Origin: Lepidodermella squamata
Taxonomy: Eukaryota > Animalia > Gastrotricha
Length of the DNA: 64,000 nt
Assembly (NCBI GenBank): GCA_047495785.1
Contig: JBLDXI010000042.1
Span: 3,410,001 to 3,474,000 of the forward strand
Direction of reading: 5' to 3'
Each line of letters begins with the position of its first letter. The first letter of the stretch is position 1. The notes under the pieces are model-generated. The model was not told where the DNA came from, did not search any database, and saw only the letters and a list, made by a program, of their open reading frames with translations. The position numbers and the translations under genes were made by a program. Shown one piece after another: positions 23,501-34,721 of this stretch.

Positions 23501-26500
23501 CAAATTACCTGTAACCTTCCGGGACTTTTCATGCAAAAACCATAAATGATATTCCTATGCAATAAAAAACATTGAATAGCCCTATAAGAGAGCACCATTG
23601 GGGAAGTTTTTTTTTGTTTCTGCGACTTACGGTTGTTGAGAAAAATTGGGAGAAAAATATTCCAATTTTTAAAAAACCCTTCCTTCCGGGACTTTTCACT
23701 CGGCCAATATAACCACTGGCGAGTTGATTTTTACATATCGGAATAGCTCTATATTTCAGCAGCATTGGGGAAGTTTTTTTATTTGAAAATCTGTCATGGT
23801 TTTACAGATTTTGTTGTCTGAAGTGGACGCACTTTGGAGCCTCGCGCGCCTATTTTGACACTATTAACGTCGTCTACAGACATACGATTAGCGTAAATTC
23901 GAAAAATAAGGCGGCCAATGGATTCTTTGGGTTGTATTTAATAAAATGTATGTATGTTTATGTTTCAATAGCTCAATTTCAAAGAGAATTAGGCGAGAAA
24001 GGATACTTTTTTACCGCACCCCGAGCGCGCGCAGTTTTGGGTGAAAACGACGCGTTGCCATGTCGATAAGTGGGGGTTGAGCGTGTTACGCGCGCGCGCA
24101 GCAGGCTCCTTTGTAACCGCTAAAACCGAGAGTTTCGGCTCCTTCATTACTCCAAGATGATGCATCCCAATACACAAGTCACACCCGTAGATATCAAATC
24201 TGAAGTCAAAATCACCCTATACTCATTCCTTGAATAAGAAATCACTGATTATCGATTATATATAGATTATCGAATTCCACAATTAGCTAATTTTTTCATT
24301 TCACCTATATGAGATGCGCCATGTTTCAAAGTATTTTTGGTGTAAAACAGCTTATTTTTAGAAGGCAAGTTTTCCAAGAAAAAAAATTCAAAAAATCGCT
24401 GGTAGCGTCTTTTCAACAGCCAAACTCTAAAACCACATGATTGCTGCATAATTTGGTCTTGCAATGTTTCCAAGCTAGCGCTAAATACTCATAGGTGAGT
24501 ATAGCAATTTTGAGCTTTAATGCCGTATACTCATATGAGAGTAAACCTAAATAAGACCTGATGCCGTATACTCATAGGTGAGTAAATGGGATTTGCTGGA
24601 AAACGCCGTATACTCATAGGTGAGTAAGCAGCTTCCACGCTGGCGCCATATACTCAAATATGAGTAACAATTTGAAGTTACTTCATACACTCTTGATTGA
24701 GTACTGTTACTGATTAATCCTGGCTCAGTGATGAGTGATGATGGGGAAATAAACGAATACTAAATGAGAGCGTCGGAAGTCGGAAGTACCAACTACCGTA
24801 TTTTACGAATTATAAGACCCTGCCCTGTATTTTTTTCAAACGAGGTTCAAGTCCTGCCCTGTATTTAGGGTCTGCCCTTTAATTCGGCTCGGCCCTATGA
24901 TTTTCTCGAACCTAATCAGTCACCAGAACAGTACCTAGATCAACAGTTAAAACCGCCGAATAACCACTATAGCTACTGCCTTTCACCTGTGACTACACGC
25001 GTGAAGTGTGTGCTCAAATGGATTAGGGTGGATAAAGGACGATTAGTGCACTTACTGACGAGAAATCGCAACCTATCCAACTTTAACCACTTACCCAACA
25101 GGCGCCCATGTAAGCCACTTCATACAAGGCCCTGCCTATTATTAAGGTTCTGCCCTTTATTATTTCAAATGACCATTACCCTCTGCCCTTTATTCCGGTT
25201 CTGCCCTATAATTGGGTCCTGCCTAATAATTCGTAAAATACGGTATCTTAATATTTGCGTGGTTTTGCTGAGCATACGGGTCCAGCTTCGAGAGTTTCGG
25301 TCCCAAATTTTGGACGCGAGTACCACTCTGTTAAATCACCAACCCAAGAAATTACTAAGCTCAAAACAAGGTCGCGCAACGTATGGGATACGCCGTAATT
25401 GTGCAATTACCAGAGAGTGGTGACAAGAATAGATTCGCTCATTGTCTCTGAACCGGCTTTTTTAGCTGATTGACTGACCCAAAACAATAAATACTTGTTG
25501 CCATGTAGGCCATCGCCATTGGCTTTCATTTCGGTGTTCAGATGCTAAATTGCAATTCAACTGAACACATTTGAGCTCAATGATTTGAAGTACAAACCTT
25601 GGTAAAAACATCTTGCAAAAAAGACCAAAACGCTTGAGGCACATCCAAATTTTCAGCAATAACATCTGTTGTCTTAAAAATTACACACAGAATAGCACGA
25701 AATATGGTAAAAAATTCTCATTGCTTACTCTAGACAGAAAAGCAAAACAAAATCTGACCCGAATTTCTTCGTCATGGCTATGTTTGGCAAAGAAATCTGT
25801 CAGCACATCGTCGAAAACATGCTGAGATTTGAATGCTTCCAGCTTATTTCGAAAGATATCGTCCAATATGCCAGCAAATGGTCCAATGGGGGCTTGCTTA
25901 ACGGGCGGAATTTGCAGTTTTGAAGTCTCATTGCATGATTCGCAATGCGTGTGATTATCGACTCGTTTGTTAAGGTAATTCAAGTGTTCAGCGGACCGAT
26001 ATTCAGGATGCCGCAACATGAGTCCAGCGATTTGACAAGACATATCGTTCAACGTCTCGATTTGGGTTTCTTTCAGCTTAAAATGGCTCATTTCAGCCGT
26101 TATTTCATCAATAAAGCGAATGTAATCGCATATCGCCAGTCTGAAACTCACGATGTCTTTCGAACTCATAATATCCATGTGATTCAACAAATCATTAGCG
26201 TGAATTAAACGGTGCTGAGCGAATTCCTTAAAAAGTTTCAGCTGAGATGCAACTGGGATTTTTTTTCGAGGAATCGCTGAGTTCACAACTGACCTAAAAA
26301 CAGGATGAAAACGGACGACTGTTTTCAAGTCTTTAGTAACCTGTACATGGAGAAATTAAATTAAATTCCATACAACAACCAACGTTTAGCAAACTTACCG
26401 AGAGAAATATCTTCAAAAGCGAGGCATATGCAGGTTTCAAACCATCATCGATTTCACACCCGACATTGATCATACATGCGGCATAAGTATAAAGCTCACT

Positions 26501-26629
26501 CTTCGACTGGGAAGCTAATACAGGTTCGATTTTGGCGACGATTTGCGCGATATCGGCGGCTCCAGAGTCAGGTTTCAAAGAAGCGATAAGGGCGCGAAAT
26601 TCGTTTTCCAATTTTTCGTATTTTTTCAT
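20503..26629 (-). CDS. G5: protein with three MIF4G-like repeats, paralog of G2-G4
   Basis: ATG at 26629 (MKKYEKLENEF). Exons ~26629-26399, 26340-25730, 25673-25598, 25545-25411, 22058-21445, 21393-21229, 21179-20894 and 20835-20503. Motifs include CDYIRFIDEI, NHTHCESC, IVGQLYRKN, TDAGKAAE, CSAVTRAIINEIISLKE and GWPELSQCQRA. Confidence 0.8.
22287..22566 (+). repeat. Dispersed repeat with RGG- and Gln-rich coding potential, copy 2
   Basis: Blocks shared with copy 1 are aatgta.catgtcattt, gcgctaagcgtggcgga, acagggtcgcgcagatagg and tgactgagttga...ttgctgtcg.acataaaaggcgaaaa. Confidence 0.75.
23231..24705. mobile_element. Non-autonomous DNA element with palindromic subterminal repeats
   Basis: The palindrome (gccgta)TACTCATAnnTGAGTA occurs at 23231-23310 and six times at 24486-24705 with a ~41-nt period. 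An internal inverted repeat pairs ~23357-23382 with ~24131-24156. Confidence 0.55.
24794..25245. mobile_element. MITE of the Tc1/mariner-pogo type
   Basis: It has perfect inverted ends taccgtattttacgaattat / ataattcgtaaaatacggta, including the TA target site. Multiple subterminal ctgccct repeats are present. Confidence 0.85.
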
Positions 26630-27134
26630 GTTTTTCTTTCTAGTAAAACCTATAAACTGAGCATTTGTGCTTCGATAAAATAAATTAACGGCAAGCGATT
26701 TGAATTCCACCAGCATTTTGCACCAGTTTTCATAGAGGCTCCACGGTGCATTATTTTTCTATTCCGGCGGACTCGAGCGCTTTCGATGTCCACGAGAGGC
26801 TAACGAAACATTCCATTGGCACAAATGGTCATCATTTCCTTGGTTTGGGATAATATCACAGTCAATATGATGGTCAGGCTCAGGCGCGCACTTCTCAAGA
26901 GCAGAAATGAATACAGAAGCCAACAAATTCTTCATCTCTTGAGGAAAAGCACTAATAAAATCGTTCAGTTCTGTTTTCGCTGAAGCAAGCTTTTGAGGAT
27001 TTTTCGCAGTTTCCGAGTTGATTTCTGCCAGCAAAATGTTCAACTTTCGAGCGACACGTTGAGAAATGTCTAACGGCGGCCACTTGTTCTGCAATCAGAA
27101 AATTATAAAATGTCATTTGTTTACATTTATTTAT

Positions 27135-28173
27135 TTTATGGACTTGGAGAAAGCCTACGACTTTGTTGACCGCGAAGAAGTGTGGAAAGCGCTAGAGGGA
27201 CTGGGAGTAGAACAATATCTCATCGGAAACATAAAGTCCTTGTACAGAGACAGCATAGCAACGGTTAGGGTTGGTGGTGTTGCTTGCGAGCCTTTCAGGG
27301 TCACAAAAGGGCTCAGACAGGGCTGCCCTTTATCACCGTTGTTATTTATTTGCGTCTTCAACGTTGTATGCCAGAGAGTTAAGTTAGAAAAGTGCGGAGT
27401 ACCGCTCACTGACGAAGAGTGGCTCAATATTTTAGCTTTTGCTGACGATACTGGGCTGTTAGCCATGCATAGGAACGACATGCAACTTCTTATCGATATT
27501 TTTGTTGAGGCTTGCCAGAGTCTAGGGCTCAAAATAAATGTGCCAAAAACCAAATTCATGGTTATTAACAAAGGAAGATGAAATTGTTGAGCCTTTTATT
27601 ATTTACAACGAACGACTGGAAGAAGTTAGTAGCTTCACATATTTAGGTAGTATAATTACCTCAGATGGAGCTTCAAAAAACGACACCAGGGCAAGAATAG
27701 AGAAAAGCTGCAAAGCTTTCGGTGCCTTGAAAAAATATATTTTTGGTAATAAATCTATACCTATTAGCGTAAAAATGAAGTGTCTTCGAGGTACAGTAGA
27801 ACCGGTTGCGAAATTTGGGGGTGAAAATTGGACGATGACCAGTGAGGATGAACGGCGAAGTGAGTGGAGGCTGAAAATTCATAGTCTGGGTTGATGATTC
27901 TGATACTTCTCGTGGGATTTTGTATATTTTGTTTCATTGATGGAAAATGATTTCGGTTTGACCAGGATCGGTCCCCTAGACTGGTCCTCCTCCGACACGC
28001 GCTCTGCTTGCCAGGTCACCACCGTGACCTGTCCGGCAGGGTGTGTACACCGGAGTGACTTTTTATTCTCAGCACGCCTTTTTGTTGTTTTTTCTAATGT
28101 TGTTTTTTACTGTTCTTTTAATCGCAAAAGTGCTGAAGAATAAAGGAAATGTTATGTTATGTTATGTTATGTT
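27135..28173 (+). mobile_element. 5'-truncated non-LTR retrotransposon (RTE-like RT), antisense in the last intron of G6
   Basis: Motifs are FMDLEKAYD, GLRQGCPLSPLLF, LAFADD and GLKINVPKTKFM, then after a frameshift near 27575 LEEVSSFTYLGSII...ARIEK. It ends with AATAAA and a (TGTTA)n tail at ~28139-28173. Confidence 0.9.
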
Positions 28174-28556
28174 TACAAAATGAAAATTACTAACCGATTT
28201 CATCACAAGAATTTCATAAATTGTGGCTTTTATTCTGCTTGAGCAGTCACTTTGTTGGTTTGTCTGTTGCAGAAGTTTGAAATAATTATTCCACTTTCCG
28301 CCATTCCCACTGGCTTCAGCGTGAGATTCAATAACTTTTCCAGCTTCGGTTAAAATTACCAGCAACGCTTCGCAAGCGAATAATTCCTTTCGTGACATAA
28401 GCAAGTTATCGATGAATGATAGAACATAGCCTATTGACAGGCAATTCATGAGGAAAAGCTGCCCGACTAGTCTGTAAAGTGTAAAAAGGAATTAATCAAT
28501 CTAATCTATTATTACCCACTTGTAGTTATTTCCGCCTGAGTTCTGAAATTACTCAG

Positions 28557-28660
28557 CCACTGTGTTCACCATTGTTCGCGGATCAAGTCAGACGGGCGGA
28601 TTTTATAAATAACCGCCCGTCTGATTTTTGTCTTAACCCGAGCAAAGGTCAACTCAGTGG
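28557..28660. repeat. ~105-bp foldback (MITE-like hairpin)
   Basis: The core tcagacgggcgg / ccgcccgtctga is a perfect inverted repeat. The outer arms ccactgtgttcacc / ggtcaactcagtgg are imperfect. Confidence 0.65.
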
Positions 28661-31600
28661 TCATCTGTTCCGGATGAAAATTAAGACAAACCAGAAATAG
28701 ACATACTAAGCGGGCAATATACTATAATTAGACAAAACTACCTTGAAATTTCAAGGGACTTTTTACTCAAGCCGCTTTTGAGTTTCTTGGCTCGTTCCAG
28801 TAATTCCATTCGCTCATGGGGCTAAAATTTTAGGAAATTTGAGCAAGGATTATTCTGAATGAAAGCTTTCATTACATATAAATATCCAGCTCCTCGCTCT
28901 GCCAAGGCGATTTCTTGTACTGAAGTACTTATAGAAGAGGAACTGATATATTTGAGCCACACTTGCGTAGCCAGAGTGAAACAACTCGTTCCTTCAGGAT
29001 TTTTAACCTGGTGATAACAACAAAAATTAGAAGTCAGTATCGTTATATTGGCAAAAGTTATTTTTTTAAGGCTATAAAAGCCTTCAACACTGCCGAACCC
29101 AACTCTATGTAAGCAAAAGGTCGCTTTTCGAATATTTCCACGAAATTAAAGCAATTTATGAATTCCATAGTAACAGAATTTTACGCTGAATCTAACGATG
29201 GTTCGTTAATTTTTAATTACGCTGATAAATCATGACATCATGGAAGGTTTCGAAAAGTGGTTTTAGGCTCATTGAAAATTCCAAAATATGGTTCCGCTAA
29301 AAGTATGACCCGCAGGTAATTTGCCATCGCGCTGACATGTAATAAAATCGACTAGAATTTTCAATAATGCAAAATTCTTCAGACAATCGAGATTAGAAGT
29401 TTCTGATTCACAAAATTTCCAGAAATTTGCCTGTTTGCTGTACATAAAAAGAATTTTTTTTTTATGAAAAAACGCACACTATGGAGCACGATGAGCAGCT
29501 CACATGCGCGATCCCGAGTTGCAGCAACGACTTTGTTTACAACAGTATCAACAAGCCGTTCCACAAGTCTTTCCACCTGTTCCGACGATTGATGCAAGAA
29601 CGCTTCCTTCAGGGATGAAGAGATTTCTCGAAAAGAGTCATCGGAATTGAGATCCAAGTTATCAATAACCGAATAGACGTCAACAACAGGGGGCTGTTTG
29701 AACAGATTAAATACCGCCCTCCTGTTCATCTGCAGCTGCGAAACGGTAGCCGGTGGTAAATTCCATTTGAAGCCTAGTCGTTCAACAAGCTTTTTTGCTA
29801 GGCCATTTTCAAATTGCACCATTTTTTCTGCCATTCGTTTCTTGAAACTGGGTGATCGGTACTAAATCCTGACAGTCACGGATCCACATGCAAAGATCGA
29901 CGATGGAATGAAAAACTGTTTCCTTTGTACGCAGAGACATCGCTGTGAAATCTGGCGATATTTCCATCAAATGCTGCATATATTGACGCATGAAAAGCAA
30001 ATTCAATTGAATGGTTTCATCGTAACGGGTTAGACCGGTTGCGTCAATTTTACATTAGATGGATAAACGTCGTGAAATCTCTTCATAAATTTGAAATGGC
30101 AACAAATTTGACCGGCAAAACTCAACTATCAATCTATGGCGAGAGTGAGAAGATGAGAAATTTTCAAGCTTAAATCTTACTTGAGAAAATTCGCTAATTT
30201 TTGGCAGCTCGTAAGGGCGGGATTAACTCGGCAAATAATTGCATGAGCCCAAGTTGACAAAAATGGGCTGCTTTTAACCTATTCAAAGCAACATTGAAGA
30301 ATAAATTTCAAACTCGTAACTAAAAACGCAAACTTTGAGCAACCGATCTGCAATAAGTTGAGCGTAACTAGCCGGGAAGAAAGTTTCGTGATCGACAGCC
30401 TAATCATTATGCAGGCATTACGCAAATATGGATGGGCTCAAAAGTACGTACTCGTTGGAGAAGAATCAAGGCCAAGTCTGATGGGTCATCTTTCAGTGGC
30501 TGCGAGAAGAAGTCATCCAGATCGCTGATCAAACAGTTCCATTCATCTTTGGTCTTCGGAAGTTTTTCGACTCTCCGCTCGAGGTACACCTTCCTATTAT
30601 GTTTTCCGACAAATAATCGTCCTTCATTCGCTTGAGCCATTAAGTTCTAAATGATGATACGGAAGTACAGCCGAATGTAAAACAAAAATCATGGTTTAAT
30701 AGGTATTTATTGATCACATCAATATTTAATAACATTGTGATTATCACATATCGTCCGGCTTTCGCTTCGCCTCACTCAGCCACAAGCGAGATCCTTATTT
30801 CTCCTGCTATTTGAAATCCAATAAATTGAAAAATATGCGAAATCAATTAAGTTCTGCTGCTTCAATAGCAGCCTGAATGCCTCCGAAACATCATGTTTAG
30901 AGGTCCAATCCGAATGTACAATGGTCGAGACGATGTCCTCGTTAGGTATCGGGGTCCAGCCGGAACCACTTTTCTGTAGTAATCAAAATAACTTCCGTCT
31001 GACTGCTGACAACCAGTTGTTTCCTTTCATCCATCACATGCGACTTCATTCCCTTATCTAAAAGCACCAGCAGTTTGTGATGAAACATTTCGCATATAGT
31101 ACAGGCCAAGTCGGTGATTCACTCAGAATAGATAAGTAGAAGAAAGGTGCCAAATTTGATCCTTCAGCCAGTTGAGAGAATAATTTTCCATCTTGAATAA
31201 ACGTAATTGAGCCCGCTTCCGAATAATAATCGATATCTACTAATTTCAAAAATTCGCTCAGCAATACTGATGTGTATTTCTCAGATGTGTATTTCTTGGC
31301 ATCAGTGCGTGTAGTCCGTTTAGACTGCTTAGAATAGCATATTTTTGTTAACGATCCGATCGGCCAACATCCAAAGAAGCGAGAAGCCAACTGTTTTCTA
31401 AAAAGAAGTCAAATGCAATTGTTAATGATTTAGATATTATATAGAACACTTGATATGGGGAGGGGTTTTCCTTAGTTGTTAAAACTATTTCTGCTACACT
31501 AAATTTGCCCAATAGTCTTACGTGTGCATTTTCATCTGAGTTATAGTTTTAACTGCCCTACACCGGAACGATAATCATTCCACCGACGGCTTCTCTCATT

Positions 31601-32039
31601 TCTAGAAAATATCGTGCGTGCTACAACAATTTCATCACAGTCTTTGGCAAGGAACACCCGACCAACTTACACATACAAGCACTTCGGCACGTTTGTCTCT
31701 CATGTCACCATCGACAAATTTCTACGCTACGGTTCCCTCAAATTTCATTGCAAGCTCATCTAGGCCGAACCTTCTCGAGCAAACAGGTCAGCGTGGGAAC
31801 TGATCGAGAACATCTACAGCAAGTCGTAAGGTCCCGCTGCAAGGCGGTGACGGTGACCGGGTCAGCGTTCTCTAATTCAAATCGGGAGCCATCAGTCGAA
31901 CCGCGAACCTCATTACTCACGGTACGATAAGAATTTCGGTACTGATATAAATAATGGTGTACGTTATTACGAGAATATATCGAAAATAATGCTAACAGCG
32001 GCCTTTCAAGGCTGTTGCATGTTGCCGGCATCACTATAT

Positions 32040-32290
32040 TTCGAAAGAGCAAGCCGCTTATTTGAGAGCTCTGAAGAATGAACTACCACCGGACCACATA
32101 ATTATTCTAGCCGATTTCGCAGAGAACTACTCTTTCTGTGTACAAGATGCGGTTTGCTATATCGCAAAAGAGGAACTCAACAAAATGTTTTCCAGGTTCA
32201 AGCTTTCCATCGGTCGACCAAGCCACGCTTCATCTCTTTGTTGTCTACTACAAAAATGAAAAGGGCGAGTTGGCCCATGCGTCTTATTGC
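32040..32290 (+). mobile_element. DNA transposase remnant with a DFAENY motif (Sola2-like, tentative)
   Basis: It reads AAYLRALKNELPPDHIIILADFAENYSFCVQDA|VQAFH..QATLH, with a short GT-AG intron at ~32152-32195. The superfamily assignment is from memory only. Confidence 0.55.
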
Positions 32291-34721
32291 GTCGACGCTG
32301 CCTGCTCGTCGCCCTGACACCGCCTGACCGTCTGTTCCACGCCTCGCGTGTGATATGACTTAACTGAATCAGCAGCAACCAATGCCAGTCTCTCACCAGG
32401 TGGCTCAGCTACAACAGCCGCGCTCCATGACTCCTACAATTATGTCGGATTCTCGTCGAGCACAGTTCGCTCAGAAAAAACAGAAAACGCCGAGCAACAT
32501 GGTATCACTCCAAGCACAGGTCGCTAAGCAGCAACAAGCGTCGTACTCCGCATCCTACTAAATGCCGATAGCACCCATGCCGATGGTGATTCATGTGACT
32601 ACCAAGATTCACGGCGGAAGGATACATCGGCGTTGATTTTCTGGTCGAGCTCTCGAGTGTCACCACAACAACATCGCATCGATTCGATGGCGCGCTGACT
32701 TTCACTGGGACGTCTCCTCCCAGTTGGGCGATACGATCATTGAATTGACGACATGGAAATTGTTAGCGATGCGACATGCGGACGCGCTTAAGAGTCAGAA
32801 TTATAAACTCGGGAAAGTGGAAAAGAAGGAGTTGACTTCGACTAAGTCAACGTTGGAAGCTGAAATTACGACACTGCGCGGGACTATTAATGAATATCAG
32901 TCGTTGAGGAAGACTTTCGATGAGATGGCAGCCCAGTACGTGGATTTATAAACATGTCGATATTCGATTCCGATGTCAACTCAAGAACTTAGTGATGAGC
33001 AGAAAAAGCCGCTATTATGCTGATGTTTTTTGCCTGCTGTTCTGAAAATTCAAGGAGGCCACTGTTTTCGCTATCGGAATCGCTCATAGTGATAGCTTTT
33101 CGAGTGCTGACTGTGCGGGCTATTTTCTCATCTTTTCGGCAATCGTTCCTCGTGAACGAAACGAAGATTCGAGCCGACGAAGTGATGACAAGTTGGGCTG
33201 AAATCGACCCTCCGTGTTTTTAGACATCATTATGTTGTTTCTCGCATTCATCGCATCTTTTTCTGCATTTTTTGGATTTTCTTATTCTAAGCCCTCCATT
33301 CTATTCCCTCCAGATCTCTCGGACCTTGCTCACGGACCGTTGCCCGAACGTGGACTCTCTGGCCGTGCGCGTCTTCTGCGAGAGTCTGGGCATACGAGAT
33401 ACGAGTCTTTTTTATCGACTCCATCGTGCCAGAAACACAGGCACAGCTTCAACCAATGCTCGATGGTAAAGACGGCGCAGGAAAGTTTTAAGAGCAGCCA
33501 TACGCCTTCGACCGCAAAACGGATGCCTCCCAGTACACCGTTCCTGGAGCCGACGCCACCGGCCACAGTTTTGGCGCCGTAGTGGCAGGGTCGGCATCCA
33601 AAGTACATTTTTGAAAATGTTAGCGACCTTTTAGACGCTTTGTTACGCGTTCGGCCGCAAATATCTCCGACGATCAATGACCGAGTCGGCGGCGCAAACT
33701 GGCGGTAAAAATGGTCGATATTTTGCTAGAGCCGAGCTGTTACCCGCTCTATTCCCTTTCCTCATAAGCTTATTCTATATCGTTCTATATCTTTGTCTAA
33801 TTATAGAATTTCACCATACATCATCATATAATCTACTCGTGTCAACGACATATTTCCCAACTGGATTAATGACATGCCTGTGGTGCCATGATCAAAGAAC
33901 TTCTTTGATCTATCGACCTAAATGCCATTATTTAGATGAGCGAATAATTTACTGTAGTCGACAATGCCAGACGTCGAGTCTCGCAATTTGGAGAACCTTG
34001 TCATTCATCATCGGATCGATTGGCGAGAGAGGTTAACAACGATCTTCGTCGCTATCGTTGTTGGTTTCATTGCCGGGGTAGGTGGCGTGTATTGGACCCT
34101 CGAGTCTGTCAAGCGCGCAGCTTGCGGATAGTCGGCTTTTCGAGCGGTGCTAAGAAATGGACTTTCAGAAGTCCCACTGACTGAGGCCTCTATGTTTCAT
34201 TAGTTTTGTGTCACTATTTTTTGCTTCACCGAGCTATAATTGGACATAACCGCATGCCATAGAAAACTTACCGTTATCAATAATTTCAGCGTGGTAGCCA
34301 AAGTCGGCTTCAAAGCGTCGTCAGCATAGCAACCTAGCCGAATCAGTCGCCAGAAACAGCGCTTAGTTGGTCAATTTTTTGTCTCGACATTTATAGCCAT
34401 AACCAGGTTTCAAGTCAGCTCTTAATCTTTCTTCAGTTTCTCCCGGCCTGAGCTTTTTCCTTCGTCTTCTTTCTACCAGTATCGCCCATTAACAATCAAA
34501 TAAAATCTAAACATAAGTCACAATATCATAATTATGATTTATTAAGAGTAAATATGCGTTAATAAACGCTAAATAAGCCGCAAGAGCGGCAATCGAAGAA
34601 AGAAATCATAAACATCGCAGTCGAATTCACGCTAAATAATTAGACCGGGTATAAGAGCACTATTTTTAGAAGCCGTGGCCTTCATGCTTAAAAGATTGTC
34701 ACAAGATTGAGGAAGCGGCAT

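Larger units (their letters stand above)
26759..34489 (-). pseudogene. G6: disabled paralog of G2-G5
   Basis: Exon 1 (~34489-34272) is frameshifted but still shows RLIRLGCYADDALKPTLATTLKLLIT. Most of repeat 1 is replaced by TE debris. There is an in-frame TAA at 30055-30057 (RRLSI*CKID versus GLIASCKID in G2) and a frameshift near 29820-29835. The 3' exons are open: 28471-28196 (LVGQLF...SSRIKATIYEILVMKS) and 27089-26759. Confidence 0.75.

Noticed and set aside
24486-24705. CRISPR array
   Set aside because: The context is a eukaryotic intron with no cas genes. The repeats are degenerate, the spacers are only ~20 nt, and the motif recurs 1.2 kb away as expected for TE subterminal repeats.
32300-34050. 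Independent genes in the G6 interruption, including the coiled-coil ORF at 32724-32951
   Set aside because: They are fragmentary with no consistent exon chain, and are likely decayed TE ORFs.
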